Below are positions 17,191-26,725 of a stretch of 27,165 bases of DNA, piece by piece (within the stretch, counting starts at the first letter, position 1; each line of letters opens with the position of its first letter). This DNA is from Candidatus Hermodarchaeum yapensis (GTDB lineage: Archaea > Asgardarchaeota > Hermodarchaeia > Hermodarchaeales > Hermodarchaeaceae). The DNA is taken from contig JAEOSK010000037.1 in assembly GCA_016840405.1 (NCBI GenBank), positions 1 through 27,165 on the forward strand. The letters run 5' to 3'. The position numbers were made by a program, and so were the translations under genes. The notes beneath the pieces were generated by a model. That model was not told where the DNA came from. It was given only the letters and a program-made list of their open reading frames with translations, and searched no databases.

Positions 17191-17280
17191 TTAGCGGCGG
17201 CAAGCAAATGTGTAGATGTCTTTGATAATTCGTGCTTGCTTTTCCTTGTCCATGCCTTCATAATCATTATATTTGTGCAT
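17191..17280 (-). CDS. Putative 29-aa small protein (MHKYNDYEGMDKEKQARIIKDIYTFACRR)
   Basis: Minus strand shows a TTTTATAA box (~17316-17323), a GGTGA SD 9 nt before ATG, and a hairpin after the stop. Confidence 0.5.
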   Translation of the reverse strand: MHKYNDYEGMDKEKQARIIKDIYTFACRR

Positions 17281-17472
17281 TTTTCGTGTCACCGAAGAAA
17301 GCAATAGGTTCCGTCTTATAAAAGGCGGACTCACGATTTGGGCTCACTTTCAGTGGTCACAAGATGTGACTACAAAAAACAAGTTGAGAGGTTCACTTTT
17401 CCCTTTAGGGTGCCTTTGGATACCCACAACCCTGATTTCATCACTTCGTCATTACAAACTTGGTGAACGCAC

Positions 17473-18492
17473 GTGAAACCTATCAACGTCTTGTTTCTCT
17501 GGGAAGTTCCCAATCCACTCCAAAGGTACATGCAAGCAAACCTTAGTAAAATCAAAGGACTCAATCTGATATTCCCTAAAAAAGCCGAGGAATTCGAATT
17601 ACTCAAATGGGCACCCGACGTTCAAATCATTGTAGGTTGGCGACCTTCACAAGACCTCCTTGAACAGGCTCAACAACTGCAGCTATTCCTGTTTCCCGGT
17701 GTAGGTGTACAGAATCTAATCGACTGGTTCCGAGATCATGGACAACAACGGGGAATCGTGCTAGTGAACAGTCATGGCAACTCATACCTAGTTGCACAAC
17801 ATACTGTCGCACTCCTTCTGGCTTTACTCAACAAAATCGTACCTCACCATAATTGGATGAAAGACGGCGAATGGCGGAAAGGAGACGCCGATGCGAAAAC
17901 TGCACTCTTAAGGAATAGATCCGTCGGCTTCCTAGGCTACGGAGCAATCAACCAGCAGGTCCATCGATTTCTCGCAGGGTTTGATGTGGAGTTTATCGGA
18001 TTACGACGTAGTTGGCGAAGAAAACGTGAGTCTTTACCAACGGCTATGAAAAAGTACAATCCCTTGCAGTTGAATGACTTCCTTGATGCTACTGACACTT
18101 TACTTGTTGCAGTGCCCCTGACTCCTGAAACCGAAGGAATGATAGGCTACAATGAATTGAAGCGGTTGGGTCCTGAAGGCGTCCTTGTAAATGTTGGTCG
18201 AGGTGCCGTTATCAACCAAAAGGGCTTGTATCAGGCACTAAAAAAGAATGACATCGCTGGCGCTGCTATCGATGTATGGTACACTTATCAGCCAGAACCC
18301 GATGAATCGGGTCGAAAATATCCCTTCGAACAGCCTTTCCATGAATTAGACAACATCATATTATCGCCACATCGGGCTTACTCTCCTGCAGATGATCTTG
18401 AACGGTGGGACGAGATAATTGAAAACATCCGCCGATTTGCACAAGGGCGAACAGATTTTTTGAGTATTGTCAATCTCAAACGGGGATACTAA
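17473..18492 (+). CDS. D-isomer specific 2-hydroxyacid dehydrogenase
   Basis: GFLGYGAI Rossmann motif, VPLTPETEGMI, LVNVGRG, AAIDVW, LSPHRA. Confidence 0.9.
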   Translation: MKPINVLFLWEVPNPLQRYMQANLSKIKGLNLIFPKKAEEFELLKWAPDVQIIVGWRPSQDLLEQAQQLQLFLFPGVGVQNLIDWFRDHGQQRGIVLVNSHGNSYLVAQHTVALLLALLNKIVPHHNWMKDGEWRKGDADAKTALLRNRSVGFLGYGAINQQVHRFLAGFDVEFIGLRRSWRRKRESLPTAMKKYNPLQLNDFLDATDTLLVAVPLTPETEGMIGYNELKRLGPEGVLVNVGRGAVINQKGLYQALKKNDIAGAAIDVWYTYQPEPDESGRKYPFEQPFHELDNIILSPHRAYSPADDLERWDEIIENIRRFAQGRTDFLSIVNLKRGY

Positions 18493-18615
18493 CTACACTC
18501 TTAATCCTCGGATATTATTGATAAAGAAGACAAACTACGAATTCATCTTCTTGAGTGGCATTTTTGGGGAACTTCAATCCAATAGCGACTTACAACTGTA
18601 TTTCACCGACAAATA

Positions 18616-19866
18616 ATGGTGGACCAGACAACGATGAAAGTGAGCAAAATTGAGTTATTTCACATTGCCATCCCTCTCAAAACGCCATTTTATCCAGCTT
18701 GGATTCCTGGGTATCCTCAGACCGAAAATCGCTTCACTCTTCTGCGATTGACAACAGACACTGGACTCACTGGCGTTTCGGCCGGAGTTGCCTTTGCTGA
18801 AGAACGGGAGGGACTTGGAGACGTATTGGCTCCATACCTTCTAGGATTAGATCCGTGTGATACCGATTTAGTTCATCAACGGCTTATTGAACTCAGTTTT
18901 CTCGGCTGGCGAAATTTCTGGATGGAAGCAGCCTTCTATGACATTAAGGCCCAAGCTGAAGACAAACCCCTCTGGAAATTACTTGGAGGTACAGACAATC
19001 CCGTTCCCGTGTACTGGTCCACAGGTGCAGTTTGTGATTCAAAAACCCACATTCCAATATGTCAACAAGCTCAACGCGAAGGATATGCAGGTGTCAAGTT
19101 ACGTGTTCACGCTGATACACTTGAAGAAGATATTCAAGTCATACAAGACACCCGTAAAGGCGTTGATTTGGACTATCCTTTGATGGTCGATGCCAATCAA
19201 GGCTGGCGGGTGACCATCGTTGATCGAACGCCTGCATGGGACCTTAAACGCGCTCAAAATTTTGTCAAAGGCGTGGCTGATGCTAATATCCACTGGCTTG
19301 AAGAACCTCTTGAAATGCACGCCTACCAGGACCTCGCGAAGCTTAGGAAGACTAGCTCAATCAAAATTGCTGGAGCTGAATTGAATGCAGGGTGGCATGA
19401 TATCAAGATGTTTCTTCATTTCAAAAGCCTTGATCTGTATCAACCCGATGCAACTGTTTCAGGGATTGATGATATTCTAAAAACCTTAGAAGCAATTCAG
19501 GGGACGGAGCTTGGATTCAACCCTCACACTTGGACTAATGGAGTCGGGCTCTGGATTAACATGCACACCTATGCCCTGACTGATAGAAAATATCCTCTTG
19601 AATTTCCACATGAACCTGGGTCATGGACACCGGGAGTCCGAGATGGGATCCTCAAAGTACCAATTGTACCTAAGGATGGGTATCTCAAACTCCCCCAGGA
19701 GGCTGGGCTTGGTCTGTCGGTTGATTGGAATAAAGTTGAGCAATTTGGGAAATTGTACTTTTCTATGACGGAAGAAGAACTGGCTGTGAAAGTAGTTGAG
19801 GAAAAGGGGCTAGAAATCGCTTTCGCAATCAAAGAAAGACGCGATAAAGCTGCTGAGAAGAAGTAA
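18616..19866 (+). CDS. Mandelate racemase/muconate lactonizing enzyme (enolase superfamily)
   Basis: KPLWKLLGG, VKLR, LMVDANQG, WLEEP, GAE, YQPD, PHTW. Confidence 0.9.
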   Translation: MVDQTTMKVSKIELFHIAIPLKTPFYPAWIPGYPQTENRFTLLRLTTDTGLTGVSAGVAFAEEREGLGDVLAPYLLGLDPCDTDLVHQRLIELSFLGWRNFWMEAAFYDIKAQAEDKPLWKLLGGTDNPVPVYWSTGAVCDSKTHIPICQQAQREGYAGVKLRVHADTLEEDIQVIQDTRKGVDLDYPLMVDANQGWRVTIVDRTPAWDLKRAQNFVKGVADANIHWLEEPLEMHAYQDLAKLRKTSSIKIAGAELNAGWHDIKMFLHFKSLDLYQPDATVSGIDDILKTLEAIQGTELGFNPHTWTNGVGLWINMHTYALTDRKYPLEFPHEPGSWTPGVRDGILKVPIVPKDGYLKLPQEAGLGLSVDWNKVEQFGKLYFSMTEEELAVKVVEEKGLEIAFAIKERRDKAAEKK

Positions 19867-19869
19867 AAG

Positions 19870-20064
19870 CTATTTTTTGGATTTAGGCTTCGGTTTCGCC
19901 TTTGGAGTTGGCTTTCGCTCAGGCTGCTCTGCCATTTGTACAATTACTTTGTGAAGAACTGCTAGGCGTAGCACATCGCCTTCTTTGAGACTGGCACTTT
20001 CAATAAGCCAATCTGGCAGCTGAATTTTGTTTCCCTTCGCCACATGGGCATTAAACTCGATCAT
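19870..20064 (-). CDS. Small AbrB/MazE-like swapped-hairpin DNA-binding protein
   Basis: AHVAKGNKIQLPDWLIESASLKEGDVLRL pattern; Lys/Pro-rich tail; GGTGAT SD upstream. Confidence 0.65.
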   Translation of the reverse strand: MIEFNAHVAKGNKIQLPDWLIESASLKEGDVLRLAVLHKVIVQMAEQPERKPTPKAKPKPKSKK

Positions 20065-20237
20065 AATATCATCACCAGTGGTAAGCCGCTCTTTCTAACG
20101 TTGTTTTCACGGGTATATAAAGCGCTCCAGCTCTCTCAGCCATTCTCCCTTTATCTGAAGTGTTCGAAAAACAAGAGTCAGATTAAATTACAAAGAGAAA
20201 ACTCTTCTATTCAAGAAGGTAAACCTACTAACCTCAG

Positions 20238-21158
20238 GTGAATTCTATGATAACGCTTCCTTATGTTCAAACCAGTGTATTCGTTGACGACCGCTACGCC
20301 TTTGGTGGCAACCAGCTAGCCACGTTTTGTGAGACCAAAGCGAATGCGCAAATTAGCTCAGAAATTATGCAGGGTATCGCGCTGGAAATGAACTTCTCCG
20401 AAACCACATTCATTGAACAATCCAAGCTCGAAGATTGTACAGCGAAAGTTCGAATTTTTACTCCTGCAATTGAACTCCCGTTCGCAGGGCACCCCACTCT
20501 TGGTACCGCCTTTGTTCTCAAACATAAAGGGTTTCTTAGCCCCTCTGTCACAAAGGCGAACCTCGAGCTGGGCATTGGAGTAATACCTGTTGAATATACT
20601 TCTCCTGATGTAGTCCGAATGATTCAATCCGCACCCCAGTATCTCGAGAAGCTCTCGAATCGAACAGAACTTGCCAAAACAGTGGGAATTCCAGAATCCG
20701 CCATCGCAACAGATTATCCCATGCAATATGTTTCAACAGGCCATCCGTTTCTCATCGTTCCTCTAGTCTCACTTGATGCCGTTCAACAAGCCCAACCAAA
20801 TGGATCTCTGATATTACAAACGCTCAAAAATCAGCCTTCATCGGATATTGTACTATTGAGTACTGAAACGGTAAATACCACTTCTGATGTTCATGTACGG
20901 ATGTTCGCGCCCGGTGCGGGGGTCCTCGAGGACCCGGCTACCGGTAGTGCTGCTGGCCCAATTGGAGCCTATGTTGAACACCATAATCTTCTACACCGTG
21001 ATGCGAAAGGAAAATCCATTATTATCGAGCAGGGGTATGAAATGCGTCGACCCAGCCAATTAATTGCGCAAGTTGTTTGGGAAAAAGCAGCGACGAACGT
21101 TTTGGTTTCAGGTAAAGTTAAACTCATGGCTGAAGGAAATTTCTACATAGAAAAATAG
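20238..21158 (+). CDS. PhzF-family isomerase/epimerase
   Basis: GGNQLA, EMNFSETTF, RIFTPAIELPFAGHPTLG, EDPATGSAAG, EQGYEMRRPS. Confidence 0.92.
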   Translation: MNSMITLPYVQTSVFVDDRYAFGGNQLATFCETKANAQISSEIMQGIALEMNFSETTFIEQSKLEDCTAKVRIFTPAIELPFAGHPTLGTAFVLKHKGFLSPSVTKANLELGIGVIPVEYTSPDVVRMIQSAPQYLEKLSNRTELAKTVGIPESAIATDYPMQYVSTGHPFLIVPLVSLDAVQQAQPNGSLILQTLKNQPSSDIVLLSTETVNTTSDVHVRMFAPGAGVLEDPATGSAAGPIGAYVEHHNLLHRDAKGKSIIIEQGYEMRRPSQLIAQVVWEKAATNVLVSGKVKLMAEGNFYIEK

Positions 21159-21185
21159 GCGGTCAAGTCCTCGAGCTGAAACGTT

Positions 21186-22379
21186 GTGAAGGGTTCCCTC
21201 TCCAATCCACCTGCTTTCGCCCAATTTAGCGAAGAACTTGAACAGTATTTCTTCTCGCTTTTTGGGACGGAGCGCACTCACCAACTTGCCGTTGCTCTCA
21301 GCCAACCTGGTGGGTTCTTCTTTCTTCGCACCAATACCTTGCGAACAACCAATGATCAATTAGTCGCGCAATTGAAAGAAGAGAATGTCTCTGCTACCAT
21401 TGCAGATTCTAAATTGAATGTCGTATCAATTCCAATCCGTCCTACTGGTTTGATTCCAAGACATGAAAAAATTGTGGTTGCAGATAAAGCAAGTAGCGAA
21501 AATGTGCTCTTAGGTAGTCATCTATATCGACCAGGGGTTATCAGCACCGATCGCTTTAGTGAAGGTGACGACATCACGGTAGTGAACCCACGAGGACATA
21601 TTGTAGGTAGCGGGATAGCGCAATTCGATAGTTCCGCACTCCACTCAATAAAACACGGAGCAGTCGTTAAGCTAACACATCCATTCTATGATTTACCAAG
21701 TCTTTCCGATTTAGACAGCTACAAGAAGGGATTATTCTATTCGCAATCACTCTCCGCAATCCTAGTAGCTCCGATATTAAATCCTCAACCAGGAGAGACA
21801 ATCATCGATTTCTGCGCAGCACCAGGAGGAAAAAGCACCCATATTGCTCAACTAGTTCAGAACAAATGCCAGCTCACTGCGGTGGACCGCTCAGAGCGGA
21901 GAATGAAACACTTTCAATCTGAAACGAAACGCCTAGGCATAACCTGCATTACTCCCTTTGTCGGTCGGGCAAACGAATTCATTGAACAACACCCTGAAAT
22001 ACAAGCCGATCGCATACTCGTCGACCCACCTTGTACTGCCCTAGGCGTCCGACCTAAACTATACGATGATACCACCCTCGCCCGTATTCAAAGCACTGCC
22101 TCCTATCAACGCATGATTTTAGAATCAGCAACCACGGCACTTCGACCTGGCGGTATCCTTGTTTATTCAACATGCACCCTCACCGTCGAGGAAAATGAAC
22201 ACAACATCCAACAGCTCATTGACACCCAAGGCTTCACCCTTGAATCTCAAACACCCTTCATTGGTAGCCCTGGTCTTGCGGGATCAGACGCTCTAAAACA
22301 ACACGTTCAACGAATCTACCCTGATCTCCACGATTTACCTGGATATTTTATTGCCAAACTACGCAAACCACTTGAATAG
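21186..22379 (+). CDS. PUA-domain RsmB/NOP RNA m5C methyltransferase (NSUN6-like)
   Basis: PUA segment (LGSHLYRPGV), DFCAAPGGKSTH, VDPPCTALG, YSTCT. Confidence 0.88.
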   Translation: MKGSLSNPPAFAQFSEELEQYFFSLFGTERTHQLAVALSQPGGFFFLRTNTLRTTNDQLVAQLKEENVSATIADSKLNVVSIPIRPTGLIPRHEKIVVADKASSENVLLGSHLYRPGVISTDRFSEGDDITVVNPRGHIVGSGIAQFDSSALHSIKHGAVVKLTHPFYDLPSLSDLDSYKKGLFYSQSLSAILVAPILNPQPGETIIDFCAAPGGKSTHIAQLVQNKCQLTAVDRSERRMKHFQSETKRLGITCITPFVGRANEFIEQHPEIQADRILVDPPCTALGVRPKLYDDTTLARIQSTASYQRMILESATTALRPGGILVYSTCTLTVEENEHNIQQLIDTQGFTLESQTPFIGSPGLAGSDALKQHVQRIYPDLHDLPGYFIAKLRKPLE

Positions 22380-22381
22380 AC

Positions 22382-23050
22382 TTACTTGTTCCACCCCTCT
22401 TTTCCGATGAGGGGCACAAAGGCCACAGACATCTGTTTCCGTTTTTTCACCTTCCCCTTCTTATCTTTCGAAACCAACAATAACTCCTGCCAGAAATGAT
22501 GACGACCCACAGGAATCAGCATCAAACCCTCTGGTTTCAGCTGCTCAAGCAGAGTTGGAGGCGTATAGGGGGCTGCTGCGGCAACCATAATACGATCAAA
22601 AGGTGCCTCTTCTGGGTAACCCAAAGTCCCGTCTCCCAAAATCACCGTAACCCGATCAGCATACCTCGCCCGTTCCAGATTCTTTTGAGCAAACTTAACT
22701 AGGGTCGGTTTGCGTTCGATTGTAAAGACATGTCCTGAAGGAGGGGATCCCGTGGGTGACACTACTTCCGCAACCAACGCGGCATGATATCCTGACCCTG
22801 CTCCCACTTCTAAGACCTTCAACCCCTCTGCAAGCTGGAAAAGTTCAAGATAAATTAAACACATATGGATTGCAGAAATTGTCTGGCCCTCACCGATAGG
22901 TAGTGGAGAATCAACGTAAGCGTCACGCACTAGGTGGTCGGGTAAAAACAGCTCTCGAGGGACGGTGCGGTACGCACGGATTGTTTCCTCACTAGAAACC
23001 GTTCCTGAGGAAATTAATCGCTTTATTGTCGACTCCTTCTTTTCAGCCAT
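22382..23050 (-). CDS. pcm: Protein-L-isoaspartate O-methyltransferase
   Basis: VPRELF, AYVDSPLPIGEGQTISAIHM, VLEVGAGSGYHAA, GDGTLGYPEEAPFDRI. Start placed at ATG 23050. Confidence 0.93.
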   Translation of the reverse strand: MAEKKESTIKRLISSGTVSSEETIRAYRTVPRELFLPDHLVRDAYVDSPLPIGEGQTISAIHMCLIYLELFQLAEGLKVLEVGAGSGYHAALVAEVVSPTGSPPSGHVFTIERKPTLVKFAQKNLERARYADRVTVILGDGTLGYPEEAPFDRIMVAAAAPYTPPTLLEQLKPEGLMLIPVGRHHFWQELLLVSKDKKGKVKKRKQMSVAFVPLIGKEGWNK

Positions 23051-23147
23051 ACGAGTCGTATCTTCTAATGGCGTACAATCACCCACCGACACATAAAAGC
23101 GTCCTTGGCTTCAAACTATTTGTACTCCCCCTACTAAATATTCAACT

Positions 23148-23594
23148 ATGGAGATAAAAGAGCAAGCAAAATTCACCTTAACGGCGAAAGGGCATGCCAA
23201 AGTACAGGCCACCCACTCATCGACCTTCGAAATTACTTTAGATTCCCACTTATCACGACAAGGTGACTGCATTATCGGTGTTGAAGCCTCCCATTCAGCA
23301 CAAGATATCAACAGCATCCTAGGAGAGGCATTACGCCGTCCAGACAGTCAGATTCACACCTACCTTTCTGTAGGGGAGATTTCAGAGTGTATTCAGGGGT
23401 GCGGGTCACCTAAACTCATACTTTCGGAGGAAACTTCGTTAGTATGGCGAACAAGCGATTTTGTAGATGCTCGGACTGTTGCTATACAATGCGATAAAGC
23501 TGCGAAAGACCTCAACCGAGCTCTGATAGCCCTACTCCAAAATCCGGATTCTTCCCTTCAGGTAACTCTTGTCGTGTTTTCCGGTGTGACCTGA
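23148..23594 (+). CDS. DUF371 domain protein
   Basis: AKGHAKVQATHSSTFEIT.D.HLS.QGDCIIGV and RTSDFVDART..I.CDKAAKDL. Confidence 0.85.
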   Translation: MEIKEQAKFTLTAKGHAKVQATHSSTFEITLDSHLSRQGDCIIGVEASHSAQDINSILGEALRRPDSQIHTYLSVGEISECIQGCGSPKLILSEETSLVWRTSDFVDARTVAIQCDKAAKDLNRALIALLQNPDSSLQVTLVVFSGVT

Positions 23595-24640
23595 AGGTCT
23601 ATTACCACTTGGAATTCATGTGGCGCGAAAGGGCGGACAATTCGAGAACCACTAATTGTTGCTTTTCGTCCAAAGTTTCCTAGTGCTACAATCACTTCTT
23701 CACATAACGTTTCCAAGGATCGCGTTTCAGTGGTGATTCCATAAAAATGAATGATTCCCCCACTCGGACTGATTGCTGTCGCAGCAACGTCTAAATAGTC
23801 AAAGGCATTGTGTGGGAGATTCATTATGACGCGATTAGCTTTCTTCTCCAATTGGTCTTCGATAATTTTTCGTGCATCACCGATTAAAGGAACTATTTCA
23901 CCGGCTAGACGATTGAGGGTGAGACTTTTTTTCAGGCATTGAATCGCTTGTTCATTTACATCGATGGCATACACTGTGACGGGTTGACGTTTTGCCGCCA
24001 AGAGCGCAAAGGGACCTACACCGGTGAACATATCAATGATGACTTCTTGTGCTTCAATTAATTGGGTCACCCTATCATGTTCTGTTCCCAATCGTGGACT
24101 AAAATAAGTTTGAGCTACATCTACAGCTAGTTTAATCCCATATTCAGTGTGTACTGTCGTAGATTGGTCTTTGCCTGTGATTAGACGAAGAGGACGAACT
24201 CTGTACATCCCTTCAACGCCTCCCTCCTTAGCAAAAACAGTAACCACACGCGAGTTTACTTCCCGAATAGCATCTCCAATTTCTGTCTCATACGGAGTAA
24301 GTTTAGGGTCTAATTCAACAATGGCAATTGTGCCAATTATGTCTAATGAATGAGGGATTGATTCAACCAAGTCTGCAGGAAGTTTTTCCTCAAGTGCTGT
24401 GACAAGATCTGGTGGCTTTCGTTCAGTAGGAGTGATGTCTTTTTGCACAAGGACTAATGGTCCAATCTTCTGGACTAATACTGACAATTCTTCAGCAGCT
24501 ATAGAACGTTGAAGGGGAAAGAAAAGTTGCTTATCCTTTTTTGTGATGGGAAAATCAGCATCTAAAAGCCCTTTCTCAACTAGAAGAATACGGAGTTGTT
24601 CACCTAGGCGCTGTTCGACCTGTATACAATCCTTCCTCAT
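23558..24640 (-). CDS. trm5: tRNA (guanine-N1-37) methyltransferase, Trm5/Met-10 family
   Basis: DIIGTIAIV, YFSPRL..EH.R, DMFTGVGPF, RVIMNLP. Confidence 0.85.
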   Translation of the reverse strand: MRKDCIQVEQRLGEQLRILLVEKGLLDADFPITKKDKQLFFPLQRSIAAEELSVLVQKIGPLVLVQKDITPTERKPPDLVTALEEKLPADLVESIPHSLDIIGTIAIVELDPKLTPYETEIGDAIREVNSRVVTVFAKEGGVEGMYRVRPLRLITGKDQSTTVHTEYGIKLAVDVAQTYFSPRLGTEHDRVTQLIEAQEVIIDMFTGVGPFALLAAKRQPVTVYAIDVNEQAIQCLKKSLTLNRLAGEIVPLIGDARKIIEDQLEKKANRVIMNLPHNAFDYLDVAATAISPSGGIIHFYGITTETRSLETLCEEVIVALGNFGRKATISGSRIVRPFAPHEFQVVIDLQVTPENTTRVT

Positions 24641-24653
24641 GGTTCTATCCTAC

Positions 24654-25031
24654 TCAGGTCGTGCTCGGAGGCTTTTCTTCTTCGGAGGGCATCTCACGGA
24701 AAATTTTGACGCGCCCCGGTGTAAGAATGATGTAACGATTACCCAGTTGAGCAATATCCCCATCAATACTGATACACACCGCACGTAACTGCTCAACCGC
24801 TCGTTTCAATTGCAACTGTAATTCCGTACCCTGTTGCACCAAAGGCGACACATCCACCACAACAAGATTGCCTTTCCGAACCTCATCAGAAATTGGAGTA
24901 ACATCCATTAATCCAGTCAATTCCATAAACCGTACATACATTGAGGCCGCTTCGAGACTCGTACTCGGCGTAGCTTCATCACTTTTTACATCAGACTTTT
25001 TCTCTTTCTTTTTTCGACCAAAAGGGCTCAA
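24654..25031 (-). CDS. sepF: Cell division protein SepF (archaeal)
   Basis: EVRKGNLVVVDVSPL, LKRAVEQL, IDGDIAQLGNRYIILTPGRVKI. Confidence 0.88.
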   Translation of the reverse strand: MSPFGRKKKEKKSDVKSDEATPSTSLEAASMYVRFMELTGLMDVTPISDEVRKGNLVVVDVSPLVQQGTELQLQLKRAVEQLRAVCISIDGDIAQLGNRYIILTPGRVKIFREMPSEEEKPPSTT

Positions 25032-25099
25032 ACCGGATCATCCTCCGACAAATCTTCAAAACAAGGATTAAACGTGACCTGTAAAAACCCTTCGCCCGC

Positions 25100-25615
25100 T
25101 CATTCCGAGAGCTCCTTAGCTAGCTTCCACAAAGGGTCACCCACATAGTGCAGTGTATCGATGGCGCGCCCCTTATTGATTTCCAAAATCGTTTCTGCAT
25201 CAAGAAGCATCCGACCTACTGCCAACGGCATCAGATTTTTTTGATCAATAATTACGGCTAGTTTTCCCTCAACCAATTCTCTATCTAGGTCGTATATCCC
25301 TGGAGCCATCACATCTGCGCCATTAGCAATGTGCGGCACCGCACCCATATCAACCGTAACCTTCGGTAATTGCACGTTTTCTGATAACAACGCTGGTAAC
25401 CCTGGATAGATAAGCTCTTGTTGAATAACTAACCATAGTTCTCCACCAATAAAATAGAGCTCAGACTTGTCATCTAGTACTATTCGCTCAACTTGCACTT
25501 TACTTGACGGAGATTCCCGTATTGCTTTATGCTCCAAATTCGATACTTTTTCGAGTTGTTTACGGAGTTGTCGCAGTTCCTTTGTCCGAAGAAGCGTTCG
25601 GTGTTTAATTCGCAT
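25100..25615 (-). CDS. PUA-domain RNA-binding protein (MCT-1/Tma20, DUF1947-like)
   Basis: VTVDMGAVPHIANGADVMAPGI and KGRAIDTLHYVGDPLW. Confidence 0.88.
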   Translation of the reverse strand: MRIKHRTLLRTKELRQLRKQLEKVSNLEHKAIRESPSSKVQVERIVLDDKSELYFIGGELWLVIQQELIYPGLPALLSENVQLPKVTVDMGAVPHIANGADVMAPGIYDLDRELVEGKLAVIIDQKNLMPLAVGRMLLDAETILEINKGRAIDTLHYVGDPLWKLAKELSE

Positions 25616-25704
25616 GAAGATTCACTAAATCTCTAAATGGGTAGCAAAGTTTTTTAAGGGCTCTTAGTCATGCCAACTGCAATTAGCTGGCAGGAGCTTG
25701 TACT

Positions 25705-25974
25705 TTGACAGAAAATCGTCCCATGGATTTACTTGCACGTTCGCTGAATTCACAAGTCCTAGTTAAACTCAAAGGTGATCGGGAGCTTAGAGGTCGGCTC
25801 CGCGGGTATGATCAACATCTCAACCTCATCCTCGATGATGCTGAAGACATCACGGAACAAACACATCAAGAGCTTGGCACTGTCATTCTCCGTGGCGACA
25901 ATGTCATCTTCCTATCTCCCTCTGGCAAACCTCCCGGAAAGACGCCAGCAAAAAAGACCAAGAAAAAGGGATAA
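25705..25974 (+). CDS. lsm: Sm/Lsm-like archaeal protein (SmAP1)
   Basis: RPMDLL, VLVKLKG, GYDQHLNLILDDAE, LRGDNVIFLSP; located upstream of rpl37e. Confidence 0.92.
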   Translation: MTENRPMDLLARSLNSQVLVKLKGDRELRGRLRGYDQHLNLILDDAEDITEQTHQELGTVILRGDNVIFLSPSGKPPGKTPAKKTKKKG

Positions 25975-25977
25975 ACA

Positions 25978-26163
25978 ATGGGTAAAGGCACTCCCTCATT
26001 TGGGAAAAAAAACAAGAAAACGCATATTCGCTGCCGGCGCTGCGGACGCCGTTCATACCACGTGCGAAAGAAAAAATGTGCCGCCTGTGGTTTCGGTCAA
26101 ACCAGCCGCATCCGGAAATTCAGCTGGGCTTGGAAAGACGTTACCCGCACCCGCCTCGCTTAA
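25978..26163 (+). CDS. rpl37e: 50S ribosomal protein L37e
   Basis: [32 protein letters not shown]. Confidence 0.96.
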   Translation: MGKGTPSFGKKNKKTHIRCRRCGRRSYHVRKKKCAACGFGQTSRIRKFSWAWKDVTRTRLA

Positions 26164-26174
26164 CCTTCTTCTAT

Positions 26175-26281
26175 GGGCCGGTAGATCAGCGGTAGATCGC
26201 CGTCTTGGCAAGCATCCCTCAATAATGAGTGACGCTCCAAATTGGCGGAGGCCCCGGGTTCAAATCCCGGCCGGTCCACCA
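26175..26281 (+). tRNA. tRNA-Ala(GGC) with 32-nt intron (26211-26242) at position 37/38
   Basis: Acceptor GGGCCGG/CCGGTCC with G3-U70, D stem GATC/GATC, anticodon stem CCGTC/GGCGG, anticodon GGC at 26207-26209, T arm CCGGG-TTCAAAT-CCCGG, encoded CCA, then a T-run. Confidence 0.93.
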
Positions 26282-26725
26282 ATTTTTCTACCCTCTTAAC
26301 TCACCTCTAGGTTATCGAGAATAGTGAATTTCACTATTTTCATTTAATTCTGTGACCGTTTACATTAAACCATCACCGAATATGGGTATAACCCCACACC
26401 CTCTATCCCGGTCTACACCGAAGGCTTTCGGGACTGCTTTCCAGCCAGTCATGGCCTGAATGATCGATGGGGTGATTTGTTTGGGTAGGATCCATGGATT
26501 GTGATGAATGTTGGGGAGGTGAGCTTTAAGGGTGGAGGAGAGAGAGTGATAAGTGTCTATTATGACATTGCTACTCTTAGACTAGTGTGACTCCCTTATT
26601 CTCTGCAATACTAGTTCCCTTGGCAAATATTCAATACCTTCAATATTTTCAGGCTGTACGAAAAGATTAATACCTGCTAGGTAATCCTTGCCGCACGTAA
26701 ACGTGCTCTCTTCGAGGTCGACCGA

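Noticed and set aside
25775-26299. 174-aa plus-strand ORF spanning lsm, rpl37e and the tRNA
   Set aside because: An alternate-frame overlap of three well-supported genes.
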